64,000 nt of DNA from a virus: the IMG/VR virus record IMGVR_UViG_3300032053_000025, positions 1 to 64,000 of that record; one strand, 5' to 3'. Shown here one piece after another: positions 45,062 to 55,086 of the stretch. The notes beneath the pieces were generated by a model. The model made no database searches and was not told the DNA's origin. It saw nothing but the letters and a program-made list of their open reading frames with translations. A program made the translations under genes and the position numbers. How positions within the stretch are numbered: the first letter of the stretch is position 1; every line of letters starts with the position of its first letter.

Positions 45062-47779
45062 TTATCCTCCCTTACCACCAAAAGTTTGTTCTTTGATTCT
45101 TCTATTTAATGCTTGTGCGATTCCCGAAGAAGGATTATCTATTGAATTTTTAAATGCAGATAGAACCTTATCAACTAAAGATTCAGAGTCAATATTTACA
45201 TTGATTTGAGACTCTACTTGTACAGGAATTGTTTGATTGATTATTGATGGGCTTCTTTTAGCCTCTTCAAAACCTTGAAAGATTGCATCCCTAATGCCAG
45301 ATAAGCCACGTTCGCTGAAATCCTGTGGAAGAGGATTTCCTGCTTCATCTCGTAAAGGAGATAATCCCCTGGGAGGCTCAATTCCCTTAGCCATAGGAGT
45401 AGTTAATTCGGGGGTTAATTTATATTTGTCCCTAATCCCCATTAGATATCGTAAACTCGCAGTTTGGTCAGGAAACATAATATCTTCCAAAACCCCTGCG
45501 GTTTTGTAAAATTCTTTTGCTTGATAATCCTTAAACATATCTGCAAATTCGGCTTTAAAGGCATCTAAAGATTTGCCACTTAACGATTCTACTTTGCCCC
45601 CCTGTAAAACCTTAGCAATATCAATTGCTACATCGGAACCATATTTTTGGGATACTTCAAAAATCTTCATTTGATCTGAAGTAACTTTATTTTGATGTAA
45701 TTTTTCTCTCGTAATTTCCTGTTCTAAAGACAATTTTCGTTTCAACAAATCATTATTATCTAAAGTTATTCCTAAAGCATCATGCAATCGAGCTTCCTGT
45801 TCTAATAAGGTTTTGGCAGAAGCTCCCCTTAATTTCAATTTCTCCATTTCAGCATTAATTAACATATCGGTTAATTTAGTTTCTTCTGCTAAGGCCGCTT
45901 CGGCTTCTTCCTTAGTCAAAGCCAAGACTCCATTTTTATCAGTTAAACCTTTAACCTGTTTATCAATCTCAGTATTTTCTGCTTTGCCGAGTTCAATTAT
46001 CTCTTGCTCCCATTTTTTATATTGTATTTGAGAAGCAATAACATTCTGCAAACCAGAGTTGCCCTTAATTTCGGGATATTTTCCTTGGTCATACATCTGC
46101 ATTTGGGATTTAATGGTAGCAACTTCGGGGGCATATTTTTCCCTAACACTCAATACGATTTCTTTCACTCTCTCTAGTTTAGTAAATTCATCTAATTTTT
46201 TATTCGCAACCTCTAACTCCGTGAAATCTACCTTTCCTAAACGAGGATTGACTTGTGTTAAGTTATTTAAAGCTACATCAATAGCCTTCACCATAGCAAT
46301 GGTAGAATTAGATTGTGGGGCTTTTGAATACACATCCCTTAATTTAATTAATTCCTTAAAATTAGCAATACTCGATAATTTGGTTTCTATATTGGTGCGT
46401 TCAATAGCATTAGCTTTAGCCATTTCGGATTGATCGACTTTACTTCTATCAATTAAAGAAGAAATAACCAGGAGAATTTTAGACATCATGTCTAAACTTT
46501 CTTTAAAAGGAGCCGTATTTGCAACTACAGTAGTCAGCAAATTCCAAGAGGAGGTTAATTGTTTAGCTTTATAGGCAGTAGTGCCCATCATAATTTGCAG
46601 GGCCTTCTCAGCTTGTCCCGCTGAGGATAATGAGTCCACTCTAGCTAAAACTGCCCTATCATAATTCTGCATTAAAGCCATAAATGCAGTCATCTGCCTT
46701 CTTGAAGCTATCCCTTGTGCAATATCCAATTTTTGTTTTTGAGTTAAATTATCCCATTTAGCGGCAACTTCATCTAAAATTGTTCCAGCACTTCTATATA
46801 TGCCCGTATTTTGTTGTACTGCTTTGCCTGAAGCATCCATATAAACAGGAACCCTAGCTATACTTGATATTACTTTTGCCCCTGTAGTTAAAATTCGAGA
46901 ATACATGAACTGTAAAGAATTGCCGGCTTCAGTGCCGGATTTTCTTGTAACTTCGATGATTCCAGTTACATGGCCTAAAAAGGAATCTATAGTTATACCC
47001 AACTGATTAGCGGTAGCTCCTGCACGTTTAGTTGCTTCTGCTAAATCAGTCGCAGTAACGGCATATTGCCGTTCAACATTAATCCATTTGTCTAATATTT
47101 GTGCACTCTCATTAATTGGGAGGTTGAAGCCTTCTATGGCTGCGGTTAAGGCATTGACCGTTTCTTTTAATCCCATACCCATAGTTACAGAACCTATCAT
47201 AGCTAGACGGGTAAGTTGAATCGTATCCGCAACTGTTCTTCCTTGCTGTTGGAAGGTTTTGGCTGCTTCAATAGCTTCAGAAGCAGAAGTACCATAAGCC
47301 TGCGCCAATCCAATTAAGGCAATCTTCATATAACTATATTCTTGAGTTGTACCTTTACCTACAATTTGAATATGTGCTAACGCAGTTTCCATTTCAACTA
47401 AAAATTTAGATTGCTCTTGAATTAATGAGAATACACCCATCATAGCCATCCTTAAAGCCATCCATACAGGGGCAACAATAGCAGCTCGCCTCAAGGCTCG
47501 TTCAAAATCACCCATTGCACTTGCGGATTTTGGTGCACCTCTATTAATCATTTCAAAAGTCTTACCAGAAGCAGTTGAAATTTTCAACATAGACTGCTCA
47601 CTAACTTTTCCATATTTATCCATAACAGGAATAGACATCCCTACAGCTTTGGTCACAGTTTCACTAGATTTCCCCATACCATTAAGATAAAGTTGAGCCT
47701 TGGTTAGGTCGGAATCTAACTTCTGCAAACCTGTAGTATCCGCAGTTACTTGTATAAGTTTTTTATACACATCATCCAT
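45062..47779 (-). CDS. Tail tape measure protein
   Basis: 905 aa Ala-rich helical protein; TP901-type core (ETALAHI, LAQAYG, DLAEA, SGTEAGNSL). Confidence 0.88.
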   Translation of the reverse strand: MDDVYKKLIQVTADTTGLQKLDSDLTKAQLYLNGMGKSSETVTKAVGMSIPVMDKYGKVSEQSMLKISTASGKTFEMINRGAPKSASAMGDFERALRRAAIVAPVWMALRMAMMGVFSLIQEQSKFLVEMETALAHIQIVGKGTTQEYSYMKIALIGLAQAYGTSASEAIEAAKTFQQQGRTVADTIQLTRLAMIGSVTMGMGLKETVNALTAAIEGFNLPINESAQILDKWINVERQYAVTATDLAEATKRAGATANQLGITIDSFLGHVTGIIEVTRKSGTEAGNSLQFMYSRILTTGAKVISSIARVPVYMDASGKAVQQNTGIYRSAGTILDEVAAKWDNLTQKQKLDIAQGIASRRQMTAFMALMQNYDRAVLARVDSLSSAGQAEKALQIMMGTTAYKAKQLTSSWNLLTTVVANTAPFKESLDMMSKILLVISSLIDRSKVDQSEMAKANAIERTNIETKLSSIANFKELIKLRDVYSKAPQSNSTIAMVKAIDVALNNLTQVNPRLGKVDFTELEVANKKLDEFTKLERVKEIVLSVREKYAPEVATIKSQMQMYDQGKYPEIKGNSGLQNVIASQIQYKKWEQEIIELGKAENTEIDKQVKGLTDKNGVLALTKEEAEAALAEETKLTDMLINAEMEKLKLRGASAKTLLEQEARLHDALGITLDNNDLLKRKLSLEQEITREKLHQNKVTSDQMKIFEVSQKYGSDVAIDIAKVLQGGKVESLSGKSLDAFKAEFADMFKDYQAKEFYKTAGVLEDIMFPDQTASLRYLMGIRDKYKLTPELTTPMAKGIEPPRGLSPLRDEAGNPLPQDFSERGLSGIRDAIFQGFEEAKRSPSIINQTIPVQVESQINVNIDSESLVDKVLSAFKNSIDNPSSGIAQALNRRIKEQTFGGKGG

Positions 47780-47780
47780 T

Positions 47781-48134
47781 TTATTTATCCTTTTTCTTTG
47801 GAGTAAAGAAACTAATTCTTGCTTGTGGTTCTGGTCCTTGTTTAGATTTAGGATTATCTATTTCTTTTTGTTCTCTATCTATCTTCCCTACAAAATAAGC
47901 CTCAGATCTAATTTGGTCTTTAATAACTTCTTCACAAAGGTTAGGTTTTTTTATTGCCAAATCTTGGTATAATTGATGTATTTCATTCAGATACGACATA
48001 AAGAATAATTGCAATCTAGTAAAATCCGAAGTGTTATTAAATAATTGAACCCCATCAAGCTCCTTCGAGTTATTAAATAAACTCTGCCATTTATAAGACC
48101 TCGCCAGGATTCGTAGTGGCTCTTCTTTATACAT
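47781..48134 (-). CDS. Putative tail assembly chaperone
   Basis: Directly upstream of tape measure. Confidence 0.45.
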   Translation of the reverse strand: MYKEEPLRILARSYKWQSLFNNSKELDGVQLFNNTSDFTRLQLFFMSYLNEIHQLYQDLAIKKPNLCEEVIKDQIRSEAYFVGKIDREQKEIDNPKSKQGPEPQARISFFTPKKKDK

Positions 48135-48363
48135 TTTTCGCCCTAATCTTTTTAATTATTCGGTTAAATTTTCGTTTAGTTTCTACAAACTCAATTTTGT
48201 CCTGCAAAAGCAGGAACCCTTGTAGTAGTATTTGTTCGGATAATATAAACTTCTGTTTAATCCCCGAGTGATTCTTAAACATAGATTTTAAAGTAGAATA
48301 ATTCTTATCCATATCTGAATAAATTGTATTTAATATACGAATTTGCTGGGTTAATTTATCCAT
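48127..48363 (-). CDS. Hypothetical protein
   Basis: GAGG RBS, fills the gap. Confidence 0.5.
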   Translation of the reverse strand: MDKLTQQIRILNTIYSDMDKNYSTLKSMFKNHSGIKQKFILSEQILLQGFLLLQDKIEFVETKRKFNRIIKKIRAKNV

Positions 48364-48374
48364 AGAAACCTCGC

Positions 48375-49031
48375 TTATTGCTCGTTGTCTTTATTAATCT
48401 TATATATCACCATAGAAAAATAATTCGTGGCTTGCATTTTAATTTGTTCTTTAGCATTCATAAATAATTCATAACTATCAAACGCCTTAACCCACTTATC
48501 TTCTTGAAATTTTTCCAATGCAAGATATGTAGAAAAGGAAGTATTAAGGTAAACCAATTCAGACTCTATAGTATAAGATAAATGTTCAATCTTCTCTTCA
48601 GATATATTATTTATGTCCTGTTTTAATTGATAAATTTGACCCCTTAAATTGACAATCATTGGGTCGTCGTTATTAGAGACATCGCCAAACTCAGCTAATT
48701 TAAGCTGTAAATCTTTGATTTGTTCGTTGATTTGCAATTGTTCGTTTGTCATTGCCTCAATATCTACACCCTTAGCCTTCAGCAATATTATAACCTGCTT
48801 CCTGAATAGAAATTTACTATCCTTTAGAAGTTCAGTATGCCTTTTTAACATTGCTTCTCTTAACAATTGTTGTTTAGGATAATCTAAGGCTTTAACCTTA
48901 TACTTAACTTCATTAAAATCCCATTCAATTTCATTATCCTTGAGCATTTGCTCAAGCCTTTGTAAATCTTCTTGCAATATTAATTTATCGGTTGCTTCTT
49001 GTGCAATTTGGTCTCTGTCTAAATTTTCCAT
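48375..49031 (-). CDS. Putative tail assembly chaperone (coiled coil)
   Basis: Between tail tube and tape measure; GGAG RBS. Confidence 0.45.
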   Translation of the reverse strand: MENLDRDQIAQEATDKLILQEDLQRLEQMLKDNEIEWDFNEVKYKVKALDYPKQQLLREAMLKRHTELLKDSKFLFRKQVIILLKAKGVDIEAMTNEQLQINEQIKDLQLKLAEFGDVSNNDDPMIVNLRGQIYQLKQDINNISEEKIEHLSYTIESELVYLNTSFSTYLALEKFQEDKWVKAFDSYELFMNAKEQIKMQATNYFSMVIYKINKDNEQ

Positions 49032-49058
49032 TTTATTCTCCATAATTGGCGCGGCCAC

Positions 49059-49089
49059 AAAAATAGCCAGTCCGTTACTTCGGCTGGCT
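49059..49089 (-). terminator. Intrinsic terminator
   Basis: - strand AGCCAGCCG-AAGTAA-CGGACTGGCT followed by ATTTTT. Confidence 0.6.
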
Positions 49090-49320
49090 CTGAGTAAAAT
49101 CTATAATGGTCGGAATTTTAGCATTGATAATTCGTTTCAATCCCCGGGCATTCTCATATATAACGTTCCGGGCAATAGACAAATATACCTGCTTCAATTG
49201 ATCTTGGGATAATGGAGGATTAGCAACTTGCAAATCTTCCAACCTCTTAATCAAAGTCCCGACTAAAATTCTTGATTGATCATCAATAAGATTAAATATA
49301 ATTCCGAGTAAATTTTCCAT
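49075..49320 (-). CDS. Hypothetical protein
   Basis: GGAGG RBS before MENLLG. Confidence 0.55.
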   Translation of the reverse strand: MENLLGIIFNLIDDQSRILVGTLIKRLEDLQVANPPLSQDQLKQVYLSIARNVIYENARGLKRIINAKIPTIIDFTQSQPK

Positions 49321-49352
49321 ACAGTCTATCCTCCGCATACATGAATATCTAT

Positions 49353-49395
49353 GGGATGGAGGGAGAGCACCGAGGCTCTCCCTAACACCAATCCC
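49353..49395 (-). other. Long GC stem-loop after the tail tube gene (mRNA stabiliser or processing site)
   Basis: AGGGAGAGC-CTCGGT-GCTCTCCCT core extended by GGGAT/ATCCC; no U tract. Confidence 0.5.
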
Positions 49396-49402
49396 GATTA
49401 TG

Positions 49403-50620
49403 TTATATGTCTCCTTCGGTCTCGCTGATTGTCAACGATTGCCCCGTAAGGGTATTTCCTTGTGATGTATAAGCCCCAACTGCGGTTGTACCTTTCAATT
49501 CAGATATTGCTAAATTAATCGCCTTATACCCTATTGAAAAAGTATCCTTAGTATTGTCGGTGTATATTTTTACCTTTATGGTGTTATCATCGGCAAAATC
49601 CCTTAATGATAATTTGCCGAATCCTGCGGCTTGACCAGAAAGTGCTTCTTCCAATGTATAAGTTTCAAGCAACTTTCCTATTGTAATTGTAACTGTCTTT
49701 TTGTTTACCCCGAACAATATTTTTTCGGGATTGCCGATTTCTCCTTCATCGGCCCTATCTAATTTGACATCGATTGTAACACTCTGTATTCTTGTCAATC
49801 GACCACCAGTAACCAAGAATAAATCTGCACAATCGGCCTTTAAGGCTCCCACATCGGAAGTATTGGTAGTAAATACTGTTTGCCCGCCTATAAAGGTAGT
49901 TGCGGTATACCAATATTTTATTGTTTCCCCAACTGCACAATCATCAACAGTTAAAACCCCACCAAGATAAGAATAATCCGTAACTTTTGTAAGTTCAGTG
50001 GCTACTCCTAGTGCAGTAATTTTAACTACTCTCAAAATTACATCTGCTGTTTTAGGGTCTGCAACTGCAACAGGGTCAGAAACCGTAATATCCACGTGGT
50101 CTAATGACTCGAGATCCCCAGACTCTACAACTTTTTGTTTGAAAATTAAATACTTATTATCCCCTTGCCAGTTAATCCAGTCCTCACTAATAAAATCGAA
50201 ACTACGTTCAATTTGAGCCGTAGGGCTTCCTATAGTGATTGAAAAACCAGACACTCTAGCTTTAGGAATCCATAAGGTGCCTAAAAAGGTGCCCCCATCT
50301 TTAGTTAAATAGCTTGCAAAATCAAATACAGAAGTGGAAAAATCACTTAATGTTAATGTATCATCTGAATCTGCAACATTGGCTATTTTACGAAAGAAGT
50401 CTAACTTGCCATATTCTTTCTGTGTTAATCTAACAGGAACATTGGGAGTGCCTTCTACCCAATCTACTGTACCATCGGTACCTACTTCTTCAATTTCTTC
50501 TCTGTTGGATGTGCCTGTATTATCGATATTTTGAACTCTATCGATTTGCGCCCAATCGCCTAAACCCATCACAGGTATACATCTTAATCCCACAGCCGAA
50601 AACCTGACCATATTACTCAT
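49403..50620 (-). CDS. Major tail (tube) protein with inserted Ig-like domain
   Basis: 405 aa, Thr/Val/Gly-rich, after the tail terminator and before chaperones/TMP; two similar halves (RVQNI..REEIEEVG / RIQSV..DEGEIG). Confidence 0.7.
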   Translation of the reverse strand: MSNMVRFSAVGLRCIPVMGLGDWAQIDRVQNIDNTGTSNREEIEEVGTDGTVDWVEGTPNVPVRLTQKEYGKLDFFRKIANVADSDDTLTLSDFSTSVFDFASYLTKDGGTFLGTLWIPKARVSGFSITIGSPTAQIERSFDFISEDWINWQGDNKYLIFKQKVVESGDLESLDHVDITVSDPVAVADPKTADVILRVVKITALGVATELTKVTDYSYLGGVLTVDDCAVGETIKYWYTATTFIGGQTVFTTNTSDVGALKADCADLFLVTGGRLTRIQSVTIDVKLDRADEGEIGNPEKILFGVNKKTVTITIGKLLETYTLEEALSGQAAGFGKLSLRDFADDNTIKVKIYTDNTKDTFSIGYKAINLAISELKGTTAVGAYTSQGNTLTGQSLTISETEGDI

Positions 50621-50743
50621 ATTTTTTGCCCTCCTTTGGCAAAAGCTAAATTTTATTAACCGTTTCTCTCCAATAGAATTGGTTAATGATATTTATTACA
50701 ATTCTTTTTAAAATCATACGATTATCTATAAGCACTTACTTAA

Positions 50744-50995
50744 TTATTTACCCAACTTGCCTCTGACATATCCGTTTAAGTCTGCTAAATCGACTTTAAC
50801 CGAAGCAACATCATCCTTGATATTTCCCAGTTCTTTTGTATTCGCAGTGACATCGTCCTGCAAATGTTTTAAATGATTTGACTCTATTCTGCGAGTAACT
50901 AAAAAATTATATACCAATGCAATGCCAGTGAAGCCGAACCCAGCTACCGTCAGTATTGATGGAAAAACAAGCATTCGAGTAAATGACCAGTCCAT
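50744..50995 (-). CDS. Holin-like membrane protein with coiled coil
   Basis: One hydrophobic helix, then NHLKHL and a coiled coil. Confidence 0.45.
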   Translation of the reverse strand: MDWSFTRMLVFPSILTVAGFGFTGIALVYNFLVTRRIESNHLKHLQDDVTANTKELGNIKDDVASVKVDLADLNGYVRGKLGK

Positions 50996-50996
50996 A

Positions 50997-51521
50997 TTAA
51001 TCCTCAACTTTCGTTTTTGTAACATGCAAAGTTATCAAAGTTCTAAATCTATCATCGAGTTCCAATTGAGATTTATCAATATCCCCACCTACGGGAACAT
51101 CATCAATTAAATCTACTATGATTCTACCATCAGTATCAGGTCCCGATTCGAAACTTGCATCGGAAGAAACCCCACCAATAGTAGTATATTCGTAGTATGT
51201 AAATCCATTTTTTAAATAATCACAAATCATATCCGTTAAATCTTCAACTTGTCCACCCGAAGTTCCTTTAACATGGATTAATATTAGACTTTTTCTTAAT
51301 TTAGAATTAGATCCAACTTCTACATTGTCTCGTATTGTTGACCCCAACAAAACGCAAATTACTGCGTTTTTAGTTTCTCTGCTTAAAGGAGTATTAGCAA
51401 ATTCTTTGAAGGATTTTACACATGTAACATTAGTATAGGGATTTGGATTTGCAGTTAATCCTGCCGATATTGCAATTATACAACTCTTGATTATATTTCG
51501 TTTTTCTCTATAGATACCCAT
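50997..51521 (-). CDS. Tail terminator/completion protein
   Basis: Position before the tail tube; EVGS...LILIHV...DLTDMICDYL pattern. Confidence 0.55.
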   Translation of the reverse strand: MGIYREKRNIIKSCIIAISAGLTANPNPYTNVTCVKSFKEFANTPLSRETKNAVICVLLGSTIRDNVEVGSNSKLRKSLILIHVKGTSGGQVEDLTDMICDYLKNGFTYYEYTTIGGVSSDASFESGPDTDGRIIVDLIDDVPVGGDIDKSQLELDDRFRTLITLHVTKTKVED

Positions 51522-51887
51522 TTAGCTCTCCCGATAAAGTTGGATACGGCAATAAATACTGCTCAGGTCTTTTATTTGGCAACGACCGTCATTTGTTTTG
51601 TAGCCTACATACTCAACCCCATCTATGACAAATTTCTGAGATAGTTTAAGTAGAGGTTTATAACGAATAAAAGTGATAATCTCCATTCCTTGGGATGTAG
51701 ATATACCGCCCATCTTCCATTTAACTTGTTCAGAAGTTAAAGGGTTGCAGATAGCTTGAATTGGAATGGAACCTGTAAGGATAACTTTCTTATCCTGTTC
51801 TTCGGGGTCGCTTATAATACTGCGACCTACATATACTTGGATTTTTTTGCCTTGTTCGGACATTAAATCATCTAAAGGGTCGAGCAT
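51522..51887 (-). CDS. Head-closure (stopper)-like protein
   Basis: 121 aa beta protein in the neck module; FVIDGVEY. Confidence 0.5.
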   Translation of the reverse strand: MLDPLDDLMSEQGKKIQVYVGRSIISDPEEQDKKVILTGSIPIQAICNPLTSEQVKWKMGGISTSQGMEIITFIRYKPLLKLSQKFVIDGVEYVGYKTNDGRCQIKDLSSIYCRIQLYRES

Positions 51888-51899
51888 TTATATTACTCC

Positions 51900-52409
51900 T
51901 TATTTATTAAGTGTAGCCACCAATTGATTCACTTCATTAGTAATCTGAAAGGTTGCAACTTCGATGTAATTCATAGCTGTAATCGCCTTCCGGGGGGTCA
52001 TGGGGTAAAACCCTTTTTCAAATCTACCTATACCCGACCCAGGTTTGAATTCCCCTCTAATTTTAGGGTTTTCATCATATCCGGGAGGAATCGTTCTTCC
52101 GCTTTTTGCCACCCCCCAGTTTAACCATCTCCAAAAAGGGGCCATAGAGTTCATCTTATCAAGATCCCCAATCCAGAACCCATATCCCTTACCTAATTCA
52201 TTAAAAAACTTATATTCAATAGCATTTTCTAATTTGCTATCGCTACCAGGACGAGTTTTCTTATTCTTAATAATGGAAATCATTAATTGATGAACTCGTT
52301 GGCCCAGCAAATCCAACTTAGCAGGTAACTCCTGCTCAAAAATCTTGTGCATCCTCGAACCAAAATCAATTAAATTCTCTCCGCTATCTATAACTCTAAT
52401 GCTTATCAT
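51900..52409 (-). CDS. Neck protein (HK97 gp10-like)
   Basis: SKLENAI, APFWRWLNWG, AMNYIE pattern; position. Confidence 0.5.
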   Translation of the reverse strand: MISIRVIDSGENLIDFGSRMHKIFEQELPAKLDLLGQRVHQLMISIIKNKKTRPGSDSKLENAIEYKFFNELGKGYGFWIGDLDKMNSMAPFWRWLNWGVAKSGRTIPPGYDENPKIRGEFKPGSGIGRFEKGFYPMTPRKAITAMNYIEVATFQITNEVNQLVATLNK

Positions 52410-52416
52410 AAATCAC

Positions 52417-52758
52417 CTATAACAAATCATTATCCTTAATCTCATATTCAAATCTGCCCAAGAAATAACTATTGGTGCCTATTATTGCTTTTAGAGTTAA
52501 ATAATGAGATTCAAGAGCAGACATATCATTAGTATTAGCTTTAGGAATATGAATTGACAATAGCCCCCCAGATTCAGCAACACAATCAGAACTTTCCAAT
52601 AATTGTGAATCTGAAACTCCTAACTCTGCTTCAAATGTAAGATCAGTAAAATCCGTAACTAAATCTCCATAAGAGTCGTAGATAGCAAATGTTAAATATA
52701 TATCCTCATTCTGGAAAAATTTAGATTTTTGCTCTAATAAAACTGCGGAATATTGCAT
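52417..52758 (-). CDS. Ig-like/BppU-like virion protein
   Basis: LTFAIYD..G..VTDFT, GLLSIHIP..T pattern. Confidence 0.45.
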   Translation of the reverse strand: MQYSAVLLEQKSKFFQNEDIYLTFAIYDSYGDLVTDFTDLTFEAELGVSDSQLLESSDCVAESGGLLSIHIPKANTNDMSALESHYLTLKAIIGTNSYFLGRFEYEIKDNDLL

Positions 52759-52775
52759 AATTTACTCCTATCAAT

Positions 52776-53342
52776 TTAGCTTAAATCTAGTATAGTGTTA
52801 CAACCTATTCTATCATGAGAAAATTTTAAGATTAGTTTTTCTATTCTTTCTTCTTTGGATAACTTGTTTGGGTATCTTACCGATACTGTGCCTGTACTAT
52901 AAGAAACAAAATCGGGTCTAATTAAAATTGAGGCTACCATTACAATTAAAGATTGTTCTTTGACTTGAGGTATTGGATATACTTCGGTTTCGTCTGCACT
53001 TAGATCGAAGTGTATTGAATAATTATAGCTATCTAAATACACTAAAGCAGACTTGATAAAATCCAATAATTCGGCGGTTGAATATTTATAATAAGTAAAA
53101 GTTATACTTACTACATTCCCACTTGCAACACTACCTACATTGATAGTTACTGTTTGTGAAGCATAAGTATAAAGATTGGTTGCTAAGGTAGTTCCGTTGA
53201 CCGCCACCGAAGTAACCGCTTGAACGTTAGAGCAAGCTATAGTGAATGTTCGACCACTACCGGCCTCATAGACCTCAGTGTCCGTCCTTAATTTATCCTC
53301 CACAGTGCTACGGATTTTAGTCTCGATCTTGTTTATAGTCAT
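52776..53342 (-). CDS. Head-tail adaptor protein with beta insert
   Basis: Helical ends (IRSTVED; YSTAELLDFI) around a beta insert; downstream of the capsid. Confidence 0.5.
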   Translation of the reverse strand: MTINKIETKIRSTVEDKLRTDTEVYEAGSGRTFTIACSNVQAVTSVAVNGTTLATNLYTYASQTVTINVGSVASGNVVSITFTYYKYSTAELLDFIKSALVYLDSYNYSIHFDLSADETEVYPIPQVKEQSLIVMVASILIRPDFVSYSTGTVSVRYPNKLSKEERIEKLILKFSHDRIGCNTILDLS

Positions 53343-53916
53343 TTTTATCCCTCGGGTCATACTTCAATATTTTTGTTGGTTCATATATTATCTTAGCTAA
53401 AAGCAATTCATTTCCTCGTAATCCTACACAAACCCAACCATTAATATAAAATACTTTTAATATAGGGTCAGCACTTTTCAATTTAACAAAAAGTGTGGAA
53501 ACATTTATATTCTTTTTCCCACCCTTATAATCATTGACTTCGATTGCCTCTTGAAATAACGTATCAATAACAAAATTCAAATATGTTAATAGTCTATTAG
53601 CCCCTTGAGGGGTTTTTGCCAATAAAACTAAATATTTTCGAGTTGGAACCATCTTGGAGATATTGGTATTTATATCTGTAATTTCTACTTGTTTATCTGC
53701 GAAACCTGTAATAACTCCTATTGCATCATTTTCGCCAAATATAACCTTATCCCCAAATTTTAACTTCTTAAATAATACATCTAAGTTAGATTTAATTGAT
53801 AGGCGCAATCTTTGTTGAGTAATGTAAAATTCACTGAATATGTCTGGAGTTTCTTTGATTTGGATTGCAATTTGAAGCTTTTCTTGCTTAGTTAATGTGC
53901 TTTTTAGTTTAAACAT
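53317..53916 (-). CDS. Hypothetical protein
   Basis: 199 aa ORF with GAGG RBS. Confidence 0.55.
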   Translation of the reverse strand: MFKLKSTLTKQEKLQIAIQIKETPDIFSEFYITQQRLRLSIKSNLDVLFKKLKFGDKVIFGENDAIGVITGFADKQVEITDINTNISKMVPTRKYLVLLAKTPQGANRLLTYLNFVIDTLFQEAIEVNDYKGGKKNINVSTLFVKLKSADPILKVFYINGWVCVGLRGNELLLAKIIYEPTKILKYDPRDKNDYKQDRD

Positions 53917-53946
53917 GTGTGCCTCGGTTGTGGTAAATCATTGATT

Positions 53947-53980
53947 AAAATAGGAACGGGGGAGCAATCTCCCGTTCCTA
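53947..53980 (-). terminator. Intrinsic terminator after the major capsid gene
   Basis: TAGGAACGGG...CCCGTTCCTA stem followed by TTTT on the - strand. Confidence 0.8.
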
Positions 53981-53986
53981 ACTTAC

Positions 53987-55009
53987 TCACGCATGAAGGT
54001 AGCTAGAAAGATCCCCGGACTTGATTATAGCATTGGGGAGGTTGCAAAACCATATAATGCTCTCGTAACCATACACACCAAAACCCAGAACTTCAGTACC
54101 AGCAACCTGAGTCGGTGCAGGGTCAACAAAGATAGCCCTATAGGTTTTCGCATCAATTTCGGCACCCATCATCTTCGCAATAGCGGGAGAAATCTTCCGT
54201 CTTACAAAGGTAATAGGTTTGCCCATTCCGATACGAGTATTCCGAGCCATAAAGATCATTTTGTTAGCATCCAACAGTGCAGTAACGGCACTGTCATCCG
54301 CATATCCACCGGAACCGATATTATGAGCTCCACCGGTCCATTTTACTGTCCCGAAGATTTTCATAACATCAATGCCGAGTTCCTTGAGTTTAGCAAGCAA
54401 CCCAACATTGTAATTCCAAGTGTCCGCATAATCTTTATCATAGGTGTCAATTTTTTCCTTTATCGTAGACCCACACAGTAAAAGATAATCGTTTCCGTAA
54501 TCTTCAACTGCATGCTTCATGGCAAAAATTATGTCATAAATGTCGTCCGCCGATTCAGGAAGTACTGCCGCTATTGCATCTTCCAACGCATGAGTTCCAC
54601 CAACCATTCCAGGAGTCTTGCCATCTATAATGGCGTTAAGAATCATGCGAAGCTCCAATTTATCAAGAGCCCCTATAATTCTTTCTTTCTTCCTAGAAAA
54701 GATTGTAGTGTCGGGAGAATCCATTACATCAGGCACCAACACATACTGCTTTTTGGAATTCAAATGCTTAAAAGTCAACAGCGTGTCCGCTACAGGACTC
54801 GTCTTTACAGCCGTAATAACGCCGGTGGAAGTGGCTACGTCCAATATTTCGTCCGCATCCGTATCCTGAGCATCATAACGGTACACATGTTCCCCGGGTT
54901 CGGCTTCATCCAAATTAGCGAGTGCGCTAACCTCAACAGGAGTGTTGAGTGACGGATTAACCGGAACGCCGATGGTCTTTGCTATTTTCAATACTAATTC
55001 TTCGTACAT
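53987..55009 (-). CDS. Major capsid protein (putative)
   Basis: 340 aa, downstream of protease/scaffold, followed by a strong terminator, more GC-rich codons than its neighbours; fold not verified. Confidence 0.65.
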   Translation of the reverse strand: MYEELVLKIAKTIGVPVNPSLNTPVEVSALANLDEAEPGEHVYRYDAQDTDADEILDVATSTGVITAVKTSPVADTLLTFKHLNSKKQYVLVPDVMDSPDTTIFSRKKERIIGALDKLELRMILNAIIDGKTPGMVGGTHALEDAIAAVLPESADDIYDIIFAMKHAVEDYGNDYLLLCGSTIKEKIDTYDKDYADTWNYNVGLLAKLKELGIDVMKIFGTVKWTGGAHNIGSGGYADDSAVTALLDANKMIFMARNTRIGMGKPITFVRRKISPAIAKMMGAEIDAKTYRAIFVDPAPTQVAGTEVLGFGVYGYESIIWFCNLPNAIIKSGDLSSYLHA

Positions 55010-55086
55010 TTTTGTTACCACCTTTTTTGAGATTTGTTACATTTACTTTATCTTTTTATACAATCTATCTTTACTACATTATCTTC

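Noticed and set aside
47781-49031. Programmed G/GT frameshift in the tail chaperones
   Set aside because: A separate 78-aa ORF lies between the two candidates, and I saw no slippery site joining them
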